A model generated the notes under the pieces. The model was not told where the DNA came from, did no database searches, and saw nothing but the letters and a program-made list of their open reading frames with translations. This document shows positions 1 to 12,500 of a stretch of DNA of 64,000 nucleotides, one piece after another. The stretch lies in NCBI GenBank assembly GCA_964057225.1, contig OZ059896.1, positions 22,878,001 to 22,942,000 on the forward strand, written 5' to 3'. The position numbers and the translations under genes are program-made. This DNA comes from Auanema rhodensis. Taxonomy: Eukaryota; Animalia; Nematoda. The stretch's first letter is position 1, and each line of letters begins with the position of its first letter.

Positions 1-51
1 AGATTCCCCATGTCCATATTAGTCTAAAAACAAATTTTTATTGATATTGGT

Positions 52-66
52 TCATGGTAACCATGA
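52..66. other. 15-bp odd palindrome TCATGGT-A-ACCATGA (13 bp in T66 monomers), repeated in nearly every monomer
   Basis: The reverse complement of TCATGGT is ACCATGA, and the arms flank a single A. It contains a BstEII site (GGTNACC). Confidence 0.85.
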
Positions 67-139
67 CTTTGAAATTTACGTGAACTTTAATTTATGCTAA
101 TTGAATGTACACGTGATGTGCACTTGGTATGTAACTCGC

Positions 140-149
140 TTCACGTGAA
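140..149. other. Perfect 10-bp palindrome TTCACGTGAA with a CACGTG E-box/G-box core, repeated in most monomers; binding function unproven
   Basis: Read directly from the sequence. CACGTG is the canonical bHLH/bHLH-ZIP and plant bZIP G-box core. The confidence refers to the motif having any function. Confidence 0.4.
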
Positions 150-3100
150 AGATAAAGAGATGCGGTTTTCAAAATTAGATTCCTCATGTCCATATTAGTC
201 TAAAAACAAATTTTTATTAATATTGGTTCATGGTAACCATGTCTTTGAAATTTACGTGAACATTAATTTATGCTAATTAAATGTACACGTGATGTGCACT
301 TGGTATGTAACTCGCTTCACGTGAAAGATAAAGAGATGTGGTTTTCAAAATTAGATTCCCCATGTCCATATTAGTCTAAAAACAAATTTTTATTGATATT
401 AGTTCATGGTAACCATGACTTTGAAATTTACGTGAACTTTAATTTATGCTAATTAAATGTACACGTGATGTGCACTTGGTATGTAACTCGCTTCACGTGA
501 AAGATAAAGAGATGCGGTTTTCAAAATTAGATTCCCCATGTCCATATTAGTCTAAAAACAAATTTTTATTAATATTGGTTCATGGTAACCATGTCTTTGA
601 AATTTACGTGAACTTTAATTTATGCTAATTAAATGTACACGTGATGTGCACTTGGTATGTAACTCGCTTGAAAGATAAAGAGATGCGGTTTTCAAAATTA
701 GATTCCCCATGTCCATATTAGTCTAAAAACAAATTTTTATTGATATTGGTTCATGGTAACCATGACTTTGAAATTTACGTGAACTTTAATTTATGCTAAT
801 TAAATGTACACGTGATGTGCACTTGGTATGTAACTCGCTTCACGTGAAAGATAAAGAGATGCGGTTTTCAAAATTAGATTCCCCATGTCCATATTAGTCT
901 AGAAACAAATTTTTATTAATATTGGTTCATGGTAACCATGTCTTTGAAATTTACGTGAACTTTAATTTATGCTAATTAAAAGTACACGTGATGTGCACTT
1001 GGTATGTAACTCGCTTGAAAGATAAAGAGATGCGGTTTTCAAAATTAGATTCCCCATGTCCATATTAGTCTAAAAACAAATTTTTATTGATATTGGTTCA
1101 TGGTAACCATGACTTTGAAATTTACGTGAATTTTAATTTATGCTAATTAAATGTACACGTGATGTGCACTTGGTATGTAACTCGCTTCACGTGAAAGATA
1201 ATGAGATGCGGTTTTCAAAATTAGATTCCCCATGTCCATATTAGTCTAAAAACAAATTTTTATTGATATTGGTTCATGGTAACCATGACTTTGAAATTTA
1301 CGTGAACTTTAATTTATGCTAATTGAATGTACACGTGATGTGCACTTGGTATGTAACTCGCTTCACGTGAAAGATAAAGAGATGCGGTTTTCAAAAATTG
1401 ATTCCTCATGTCCATATTAGTCTAAAAACAAATTTTTATTAATATTGGTTCATGGTAACCATGTCTTTGAAATTTACGTGAACATTAATTTATGCTAATT
1501 AAATGTACACGTGATGTGCACTTGGTATGTAACTCGCTTCACGTGAAAGATAAAGAGATGTGGTTTTCAAAATTAGATTCCCCATGTCCATATTAGTCTA
1601 AAAACAAATTTTTATTGATATTAGTTCATGGTAACCATGACTTTGAAATTTACGTGAACTTTAATTTATGCTAATTAAATGTACACGTGATGTGCACTTG
1701 GTATGTAACTCGCTTCACGTGAAAGATAAAGAGATGCGGTTTTCAAAATTAGATTCCCCATGTCCATATTAGTCTAAAAACAAATTTTTATTGATATTGG
1801 TTCATGGTAACCATGACTTTGAAATTTACGTGAACTTTAATTTATGCTAATTAAATGTACACGTGATGTGCACTTGGTATGTAACTCGCTTCACGTGAAA
1901 GATAAAGAGATGCGGTTTTCAAAATTAGATTCCCCATGTCCATATTAGTCTAAAAACAAATTTTTATTGATATTGGTTCATGGTAACCATGTCTTTGAAA
2001 TTTACGTGAACTTTAATTTATGCTAATCAAATGTACACGTGATGTGCACTTGGTATGTAACTCGCTTCACGTGAAAGATAAAGAGATGCGGTTTTCAAAA
2101 TTAGATTCCCCATGTCCATATTAGTCTAAAAACAAATTTTTATTGATATTGGTTCATGGTAACCATGACTTTGAAATTTACGTGAACATTAATTTATGCT
2201 AATTAAATGTACACGTGATGTGCACTTGGTATGTAACTTGCTTCACGTGAAAGATAAAGAGATGCGGTTTTCAAAATTAGATTCCCCATGTCCATATTAG
2301 TCTAAAAACAAATTTTTATTGATATTGGTTCATGGTAACCATGACTTTGAAATTTACGTGAACTTTAATTTATGCTAATCAAATGTACACGTGATGTGCA
2401 CTTGGTATGTAACTCGCTTCACGTGAAAGATAAAGAGATGCGGTTTTCAAAATTAGATTCCCCATGTCCATATTAGTCTAAAAACAAATTTTATTGATAT
2501 TGGTTCATGGTAACCATGACTTTGAAATTTACGTGAACTTTAATTTATGCTAATTAAATGTACACGTGATGTGCACTTGGTATGTAACTCGCTTCACGTG
2601 AAAGATAAAGAGATGCGGTTTTCAAAATTAGATTCCCCATGTCCATATTAGTCTAAAAACAAATTTTTATTAATATTGGTTCATGGTAACCATGTCTTTG
2701 AAATTTACGTGAACTTTAATTTATGCTAATTAAATGTACACGTGATGTGCACTTGGTATGTAACTCGCTTGAAAGATAAAGAGATGCGGTTTTCAAAATT
2801 AGATTCCCCATGTCCATATTAGTCTAAAAACAAATTTTTATTGATATTGGTTCATGGTAACCATGACTTTGAAATTTACGTGAACTTTAATTTATGCTAA
2901 TTAAATGTACACGTGATGTGCACTTGGTATGTAACTCGCTTCACGTGAAAGATAAAGAGATGCGGTTTTCAAAATTAGATTCCCCATGTCCATATTAGTC
3001 TAAAAACAAATTTTTATTGATATTGGTTCATGGTAACCATGACTTTGAAATTTACGTGAACTTTAATTTATGCTAATTAAATGTACACGTGATGTGCACT

Positions 3101-3152
3101 TGGTATGTAACTCGCTTCACGTGAAAGATAAAGAGATGCGGTTTTCAAAATT

Positions 3153-6100
3153 AGATTCCCCATGTCCATATTAGTCTAGAAACAAATTTTTATTAATATT
3201 GGTTCATGGTAACCATGTCTTTGAAATTTACGTGAACTTTAATTTATGCTAATTAAAAGTACACGTGATGTGCACTTGGTATGTAACTCGCTTGAAAGAT
3301 AAAGAGATGCGGTTTTCAAAATTAGATTCCCCATGTCCATATTAGTCTAAAAACAAATTTTTATTGATATTGGTTCATGGTAACCATGACTTTGAAATTT
3401 ACGTGAACTTTAATTTATGCTAATTAAATGTACACGTGATGTGCACTTGGTATGTAACTCGCTTCACGTGAAAGATAAAGAGATGCGGTTTTCAAAATTA
3501 GATTCCCCATGTCCATATTAGTCTAAAAACAAATTTTTATTAATATTGGTTCATGGTAACCATGTCTTTGAAATTTACGTGAACTTTAATTTATGCTAAT
3601 TAAAAGTACACGTGATGTGCACTTGGTATGTAACTCGCTTGAAAGATAAAGAGATGCGGTTTTCAAAATTAGATTCCCCATGTCCATATTAGTCTAAAAA
3701 CAAATTTTTATTAATATTGGTTCATGGTAACCATGACTTTGAAATTTACGTGAACTTTAATTTATGCTAATTAAATGTACACGTGATGTGCACTTGGTAT
3801 GTAACTCGCTTCACGTGAAAGATAAAAAGATGCAGTTTTCAAAATTAGATTCCCCATGTCCATATTAGTCTAAAAACAAATTTTTATTGATATTGGTTCA
3901 TGGTAACCATGTCTTTGAAATTTACGTGAACTTTAATTTATGCTAATTAAATCTACACGTGATGTGCACTTGGTATGTAACTCGCTTCACGTGAAAAATA
4001 AAGAGATGCGGTTTTCAAAATTAGATTCCCCATGTCCATATTAGTCTAAAAACAAATTTTTATTAATATTGGTTCATGGTAACCATGACTTTGAAATTTA
4101 CGTGAACTTTAATTTATGCTAATTAAATGTACACGTGATGTGCACTTGGTATGTAACTCGCTTCACGTGAAAGATAAAGAGATGTGGTTTTCAAAATTAG
4201 ATTCCCCATGTCCATATTAGTCTAAAAACATATTTTTATTGATATTGGTTCATGGTAACCATGTCTTTGAAATTTACGTGAACTTTAATTTATGCTAATT
4301 AAATGTACACGTGATGTGCACTTGGTATGTAACTCGCTTCACGTGAAAGATAAAAAGATGCAGTTTTCAAAATTAGATTCCCCATGTCCATATTAGTCTA
4401 AAAACAAATTTTTATTGATATTGGTTCATGGTAACCATGTCTTTGAAATTTACGTGAACTTTAATTTATGCTAATTAAATCTACACGTGATGTGCACTTG
4501 GTATGTAACTCGCTTCACGTGAAAAATAAAGAGATGCGGTTTTCAAAATTAGATTCCCCATGTCCATATTAGTCTAAAAACAAATTTTTATTAATATTGG
4601 TTCATGGTAACCATGACTTTGAAATTTACGTGAACTTTAATTTATGCTAATTAAATCTACACGTGATGTGCACTTGGTATGTAACTCGCTTCACGTGAAA
4701 AATAAAGAGATGCGGTTTTCGAAATTAGATTCCCCATGTCCATATTAGTCTAAAAACAAATTTTTATTAATATTGGTTCATGGTAACCATGACTTTGAAA
4801 TTTACGTGAACTTTAATTTATGCTAATTAAATGTACACGTGATGTGCACTTGGTATGTAACTCGCTTCACGTGAAAGATAAAGAGATGCGGTTTTCAAAA
4901 TTAGATTCCCCATGTCCATATTAGTCTAAAAACAAATTTTTATTAATATTGGTTCATGGTAACCATGACTTTGAAATTTACGTGAACTTTAATTTATGCT
5001 AATTAAATCTACACGTGATGTGCACTTGGTATGTAACTCGCTTCACGTGAAAGATAAAGAGATGCGGTTTTTAAAATTAGATTCCCCATGTCCATATTAG
5101 TCTAAAAACAAATTTCTATTGATATTGGTTTATGGTAACCATATCTTTGAAATTTACGTGAACTTTAATTTATGCTAATTAAATGTACACGTGATGTGCA
5201 CTTGGTATGTAACTCGCTTCACGTGAAAGATAAAGAGATGCGGTTTTCAAAATTAGATTCCCCATGTCCATATTAGTCTAAAAACAAATTTTTATTGATA
5301 TTGGTTCATGGTAACCATGTCTTTGAAATTTACGTGAACTTTAATTTATGCTAATTAAATGTACACGTGATGTGCACTTGGTATGTAACTCGCTTCACGT
5401 GAAAGATAAAAAGATGCAGTTTTCAAAATTAGATTCCCCACGTCCATATTAGTCTAAAAACAAATTTTTATTGATATTGGTTCATGGTAACCATGTCTTT
5501 GAAATTTACGTGAACTTTAATTTATGCTAATTAAATCTACACGTGATGTGCACTTGGTATGTAACTCGCTTCACGTGAAAAATAAAGAGATGCGGTTTTC
5601 AAAATTAGATTCCCCATGTCCATATTAGTCTAAAAACAAATTTTTATTAATATTGGTTCATGGTAACCATGACTTTGAAATTTACGTGAACTTTAATTTA
5701 TGCTAATTAAATCTACACGTGATGTGCACTTGGTATGTAACTCGCTTCACGTGAAAGATAAAAAGATGCGGTTTTCAAAATTAGATTCCCCATGTCCATA
5801 TTAGTCTAAAAACAAATTTTTATTAATATTGGTTCATGGTAACCATGACTTTGAAATTTACGTGAACTTTAATTTATGCTAATTAAATGTACACGTGATG
5901 TGCACTTGGTATGTAACTCGCTTCACGTGAAAGATAAAGAGATGCGGTTTTCAAAATTAGATTCCCCATGTCCATATTAGTCTAGAAACAAATTTTTATT
6001 AATATTGGTTCATGGTAACCATGTCTTTGAAATTTACGTGAACTTTAATTTATGCTAATTAAAAGTACACGTGATGTGCACTTGGTATGTAACTCGCTTG

Positions 6101-9100
6101 AAAGATAAAGAGATGCGGTTTTCAAAATTAGATTCCCCATGTCCATATTAGTCTAAAAACAAATTTTTATTGATATTGGTTCATGGTAACCATGACTTTG
6201 AAATTTACGTGAACTTTAATTTATGCTAATTAAATGTACACGTGATGTGCACTTGGTATGTAACTCGCTTCACGTGAAAGATAAAGAGATGCGGTTTTCA
6301 AAATTAGATTCCCCATGTCCATATTAGTCTAAAAACAAATTTTTATTAATATTGGTTCATGGTAACCATGTCTTTGAAATTTACGTGAACTTTAATTTAT
6401 GCTAATTAAAAGTACACGTGATGTGCACTTGGTATGTAACTCGCTTGAAAGATAAAGAGATGCGGTTTTCAAAATTAGATTCCCCATGTCCATATTAGTC
6501 TAAAAACAAATTTTTATTGATATTGGTTCATGGTAACCATGACTTTGAAATTTACGTGAACTTTAATTTATGCTAATTAAATGTACACGTGATGTGCACT
6601 TGGTATGTAACTCGCTTCACGTGAAAGATAAAGAGATGCGGTTTTCAAAATTAGATTCCCCATGTCCATATTAGTCTAAAAACAAATTTTTATTAATATT
6701 GGTTCATGGTAACCATGTCTTTGAAATTTACGTGAACTTTAATTTATGCTAATTAAAAGTACACGTGATGTGCACTTGGTATGTAACTCGCTTGAAAGAT
6801 AAAGAGATGCGGTTTTCAAAATTAGATTCCCCATGTCCATATTAGTCTAAAAACAAATTTTTATTAATATTGGTTCATGGTAACCATGACTTTGAAATTT
6901 ACGTGAACTTTAATTTATGCTAATTAAATGTACACGTGATGTGCACTTGGTATGTAACTCGCTTCACGTGAAAGATAAAAAGATGCAGTTTTCAAAATTA
7001 GATTCCCCATGTCCATATTAGTCTAAAAACAAATTTTTATTGATATTGGTTCATGGTAACCATGTCTTTGAAATTTACGTGAACTTTAATTTATGCTAAT
7101 TAAATCTACACGTGATGTGCACTTGGTATGTAACTCGCTTCACGTGAAAAATAAAGAGATGCGGTTTTCAAAATTAGATTCCCCATGTCCATATTAGTCT
7201 AAAAACAAATTTTTATTAATATTGGTTCATGGTAACCATGACTTTGAAATTTACGTGAACTTTAATTTATGCTAATTAAATGTACACGTGATGTGCACTT
7301 GGTATGTAACTCGCTTCACGTGAAAGATAAAGAGATGTGGTTTTCAAAATTAGATTCCCCATGTCCATATTAGTCTAAAAACATATTTTTATTGATATTG
7401 GTTCATGGTAACCATGTCTTTGAAATTTACGTGAACTTTAATTTATGCTAATTAAATGTACACGTGATGTGCACTTGGTATGTAACTCGCTTCACGTGAA
7501 AGATAAAAAGATGCAGTTTTCAAAATTAGATTCCCCATGTCCATATTAGTCTAAAAACAAATTTTTATTGATATTGGTTCATGGTAACCATGTCTTTGAA
7601 ATTTACGTGAACTTTAATTTATGCTAATTAAATCTACACGTGATGTGCACTTGGTATGTAACTCGCTTCACGTGAAAAATAAAGAGATGCGGTTTTCAAA
7701 ATTAGATTCCCCATGTCCATATTAGTCTAAAAACAAATTTTTATTAATATTGGTTCATGGTAACCATGACTTTGAAATTTACGTGAACTTTAATTTATGC
7801 TAATTAAATCTACACGTGATGTGCACTTGGTATGTAACTCGCTTCACGTGAAAAATAAAGAGATGCGGTTTTCGAAATTAGATTCCCCATGTCCATATTA
7901 GTCTAAAAACAAATTTTTATTAATATTGGTTCATGGTAACCATGACTTTGAAATTTACGTGAACTTTAATTTATGCTAATTAAATGTACACGTGATGTGC
8001 ACTTGGTATGTAACTCGCTTCACGTGAAAGATAAAGAGATGCGGTTTTCAAAATTAGATTCCCCATGTCCATATTAGTCTAAAAACAAATTTTTATTAAT
8101 ATTGGTTCATGGTAACCATGACTTTGAAATTTACGTGAACTTTAATTTATGCTAATTAAATCTACACGTGATGTGCACTTGGTATGTAACTCGCTTCACG
8201 TGAAAGATAAAGAGATGCGGTTTTTAAAATTAGATTCCCCATGTCCATATTAGTCTAAAAACAAATTTCTATTGATATTGGTTTATGGTAACCATATCTT
8301 TGAAATTTACGTGAACTTTAATTTATGCTAATTAAATGTACACGTGATGTGCACTTGGTATGTAACTCGCTTCACGTGAAAGATAAAGAGATGCGGTTTT
8401 CAAAATTAGATTCCCCATGTCCATATTAGTCTAAAAACAAATTTTTATTGATATTGGTTCATGGTAACCATGTCTTTGAAATTTACGTGAACTTTAATTT
8501 ATGCTAATTAAATGTACACGTGATGTGCACTTGGTATGTAACTCGCTTCACGTGAAAGATAAAAAGATGCAGTTTTCAAAATTAGATTCCCCACGTCCAT
8601 ATTAGTCTAAAAACAAATTTTTATTGATATTGGTTCATGGTAACCATGTCTTTGAAATTTACGTGAACTTTAATTTATGCTAATTAAATCTACACGTGAT
8701 GTGCACTTGGTATGTAACTCGCTTCACGTGAAAAATAAAGAGATGCAGTTTTCAAAATTAGATTCCCCATGTCCATATTAGTCTAAAAACAAATTTTTAT
8801 TAATATTGGTTCATGGTAACCATGACTTTGAAATTTACGTGAACTTTAATTTATGCTAATTAAATCTACACGTGATGTGCACTTGGTATGTAACTCGCTT
8901 CACGTGAAAAATAAAGAGATGCGGTTTTCAAAATTAGATTCCCCATGTCCATATTAGTCTAAAAACAAATTTTTATTAATATTGGTTCATGGTAACCATG
9001 ACTTTGAAATTTACGTGAACTTTAATTTATGCTAATTAAATGTACACGTGATGTGCACTTGGTATGTAACTCGCTTCACGTGAAAGATAAAGAGATGTGG

Positions 9101-9111
9101 TTTTCAAAATT
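3153..9111. repeat. Tandem duplication of a 16-monomer block (3153-5958), second copy 18 monomers (5959-9111)
   Basis: Rare variants pair at a constant 3153-bp offset: 4231/7384, 4721/7874, 5116/8269, 5441/8594. XbaI sites at 3175 and 5981 are 2806 bp apart, so copy 2 has one extra 347-bp dimer. Confidence 0.9.
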
Positions 9112-9529
9112 AGATTCCCCATGTCCATATTAGTCTAAAAACAAATTTTTATTAATATTGGTTCATGGTAACCATGACTTTGAAATTTACGTGAACTTTA
9201 ATTTATGCTAATTAAATGTACACGTGATGTGCACTTGGTATGTAACTCGCTTCACGTGAAAGATAAAGAGATGCGGTTTTCAAAATTAGATTCCCCATGT
9301 CCATATTAGTCTAAAAACAAATTTTTATTGATATTGGTTCATGGTAACCATGACTTTGAAATTTACGTGAACTTTAATTTATGCTAATCAAATGTACACG
9401 TGATGTGCACTTGGTATGTAACTCGCTTCACGTGAAAGATAAAGAGATGCGGTTTTCAAAATTAGATTCCCCATGTCCATATTAGTCTAAAAACAAATTT
9501 TTATTGATATTGGTTCATGGTAACCATGA

Positions 9530-12500
9530 CTTTGAAATTTACGTGAACTTTAATTTATGCTAATCAAATGTACACGTGATGTGCACTTGGTATGTAACTC
9601 GCTTCACGTGAAAGATAAAGAGATGCGGTTTTCAAAATTAGATTCCCCATGTCCATATTAGTCTAAAAACAAATTTTTATTGATATTGGTTCATGGTAAC
9701 CATGACTTTGAAATTTACGTGAACTTTAATTTATGCTAATTAAATGTACACGTGATGTGCACTTGGTATGTAACTCGCTTCACGTGAAAGATATAGAGAT
9801 GCGGTTTTCAAAATTAGATTCCCCATGTCCATATTAGTCTAAAAACAAATTTTTATTAATATTGGTTCATGGTAACCATGTCTTTGAAATTTACGTGAAC
9901 TTTAATTTATGCTAATTAAATGTACACGTGATGTGCACTTGGTATGTAACTCGCTTGAAAGATAAAGAGATGCGGTTTTCAAAATTAGATTCCCCATGTC
10001 CATATTAGTCTAAAAACAAATTTTTATTGATATTGGTTCATGGTAACCATGACTTTGAAATTTACGTGAACTTTAATTTATGCTAATTAAATGTACACGT
10101 GATGTGCACTTGGTATGTAACTCGCTTCACGTGAAAGATAAAGAGATGCGGTTTTCAAAATTAGATTCCCCATGTCCATATTAGTCTAAAAACAAATTTT
10201 TATTGATATTGGTTCATGGTAACCATGACTTTGAAATTTACGTGAACTTTAATTTATGCTAATTAAATGTACACGTGATGTGCACTTGGTATGTAACTCG
10301 CTTCACGTGAAAGATAAAGAGATGCGGTTTTCAAAATTAGATTCCCCATGTCCATATTAGTCTAGAAACAAATTTTTATTAATATTGGTTCATGGTAACC
10401 ATGTCTTTGAAATTTACGTGAACTTTAATTTATGCTAATTAAAAGTACACGTGATGTGCACTTGGTATGTAACTCGCTTGAAAGATAAAGAGATGCGGTT
10501 TTCAAAATTAGATTCCCCATGTCCATATTAGTCTAAAAACAAATTTTTATTGATATTGGTTCATGGTAACCATGACTTTGAAATTTACGTGAATTTTAAT
10601 TTATGCTAATTAAATGTACACGTGATGTGCACTTGGTATGTAACTCGCTTCACGTGAAAGATAAAGAGATGCGGTTTTCAAAATTAGATTCCCCATGTCC
10701 ATATTAGTCTAAAAACAAATTTTTATTGATATTGGTTCATGGTAACCATGACTTTGAAATTTACGTGAACTTTAATTTATGCTAATTAAATGTACACGTG
10801 ATGTGCACTTGGTATGTAACTCGCTTCACGTGAAAGATAAAGAGATGCGGTTTTCAAAATTAGATTCCCCATGTCCATATTAGTCTAAAAACAAATTTTT
10901 ATTGATATTGGTTCATGGTAACCATGACTTTGAAATTTACGTGAACTTTAATTTATGCTAATTGAATGTACACGTGATGTGCACTTGGTATGTAACTCGC
11001 TTCACGTGAAAGATAAAGAGATGCGGTTTTCAAAATTAGATTCCTCATGTCCATATTAGTCTAAAAACAAATTTTTATTAATATTGGTTCATGGTAACCA
11101 TGTCTTTGAAATTTACGTGAACTTTAATTTATGCTAATCAAATGTACACGTGATGTGCACTTGGTATGTAACTCGCTTCACGTGAAAGATAAAGAGATGC
11201 GGTTTTCAAAATTAGATTCCCCATGTCCATATTAGTCTAAAAACAAATTTTTATTGATATTGGTTCATGGTAACCATGACTTTGAAATTTACGTGAACTT
11301 TAATTTATGCTAATTAAATGTACACGTGATGTGCACTTGGTATGTAACTCGCTTCACGTGAAAGATATAGAGATGCGGTTTTCAAAATTAGATTCCCCAT
11401 GTCCATATTAGTCTAAAAACAAATTTTTATTAATATTGGTTCATGGTAACCATGTCTTTGAAATTTACGTGAACTTTAATTTATGCTAATTAAATGTACA
11501 CGTGATGTGCACTTGGTATGTAACTCGCTTGAAAGATAAAGAGATGCGGTTTTCAAAATTAGATTCCCCATGTCCATATTAGTCTAAAAACAAATTTTTA
11601 TTGATATTGGTTCATGGTAACCATGACTTTGAAATTTACGTGAACTTTAATTTATGCTAATTAAATGTACACGTGATGTGCACTTGGTATGTAACTCGCT
11701 TCACGTGAAAGATAAAGAGATGCGGTTTTCAAAATTAGATTCCCCATGTCCATATTAGTCTAAAAACAAATTTTTATTGATATTGGTTCATGGTAACCAT
11801 GACTTTGAAATTTACGTGAACTTTAATTTATGCTAATTAAATGTACACGTGATGTGCACTTGGTATGTAACTCGCTTCACGTGAAAGATAAAGAGATGCG
11901 GTTTTCAAAATTAGATTCCCCATGTCCATATTAGTCTAGAAACAAATTTTTATTAATATTGGTTCATGGTAACCATGTCTTTGAAATTTACGTGAACTTT
12001 AATTTATGCTAATTAAAAGTACACGTGATGTGCACTTGGTATGTAACTCGCTTGAAAGATAAAGAGATGCGGTTTTCAAAATTAGATTCCCCATGTCCAT
12101 ATTAGTCTAAAAACAAATTTTTATTGATATTGGTTCATGGTAACCATGACTTTGAAATTTACGTGAATTTTAATTTATGCTAATTAAATGTACACGTGAT
12201 GTGCACTTGGTATGTAACTCGCTTCACGTGAAAGATAAAGAGATGCGGTTTTCAAAATTAGATTCCCCATGTCCATATTAGTCTAAAAACAAATTTTTAT
12301 TGATATTGGTTCATGGTAACCATGACTTTGAAATTTACGTGAACTTTAATTTATGCTAATTAAATGTACACGTGATGTGCACTTGGTATGTAACTCGCTT
12401 CACGTGAAAGATAAAGAGATGCGGTTTTCAAAATTAGATTCCCCATGTCCATATTAGTCTAAAAACAAATTTTTATTGATATTGGTTCATGGTAACCATG

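Larger units (their letters stand above)
1..176 (+). repeat. Representative 176-bp monomer (G43/A66 type; carries minor variant A103G)
   Basis: The next AGATTCC starts at 177. It contains 56 G+C in the consensus, five CpGs (79, 112, 137, 144, 163), GGTNACC at 56-62 and CACGTG at 110-115 and 142-147. Confidence 0.97.

Noticed and set aside
77-82. Hypoxia response element (TACGTG) or promoter function
   Set aside because: A short motif with no adjacent gene and no supporting context; it is covered under the ACGTGA triad finding.
54-83. Short ORFs such as ATGGTAACCATGACTTTGAAATTTACGTGA (MVTMTLKFT*)
   Set aside because: Only a few codons long. Stop codons are frequent on both strands, 176 is not a multiple of 3, and 1-, 2- and 5-bp indels are tolerated, so there is no sign of coding constraint.
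131-170. CENP-B box near the CpG-containing segment CTCGCTTCACGTG...GATGCGG
   Set aside because: It does not fit NTTCGNNNNANNCGGGN on either strand; the consensus contains no CGGG or CCCG.
140-176. Budding-yeast point centromere (CDEI-like TCACGTG)
   Set aside because: The base before TCACGTG is T rather than a purine, no >90% AT CDEII or CDEIII follows, and point centromeres are not tandem arrays.
1-176. Tandem 5S rRNA, tRNA, snRNA or spliced-leader gene unit
   Set aside because: No recognisable Pol III A/B/C boxes, cloverleaf or conserved RNA sequence, and the unit is AT-rich throughout. An Rfam cmscan would be the definitive test.
529-699. 171-bp monomers as primate alpha satellite, or 176/178-bp monomers as Brassica CentBr or Arabidopsis CEN178
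   Set aside because: Only the lengths coincide. The 171 and 178 forms are indel derivatives of the local 176-bp unit, and I recognise no sequence similarity to those families (from memory, not a database search).
1-1750. Full 7-monomer tandem duplication (offset 1222 bp)
   Set aside because: Only the first three monomers match within the window (529 and 1751 differ). It is treated as a recurrence of the signature cassette; the rest may lie upstream of the window.
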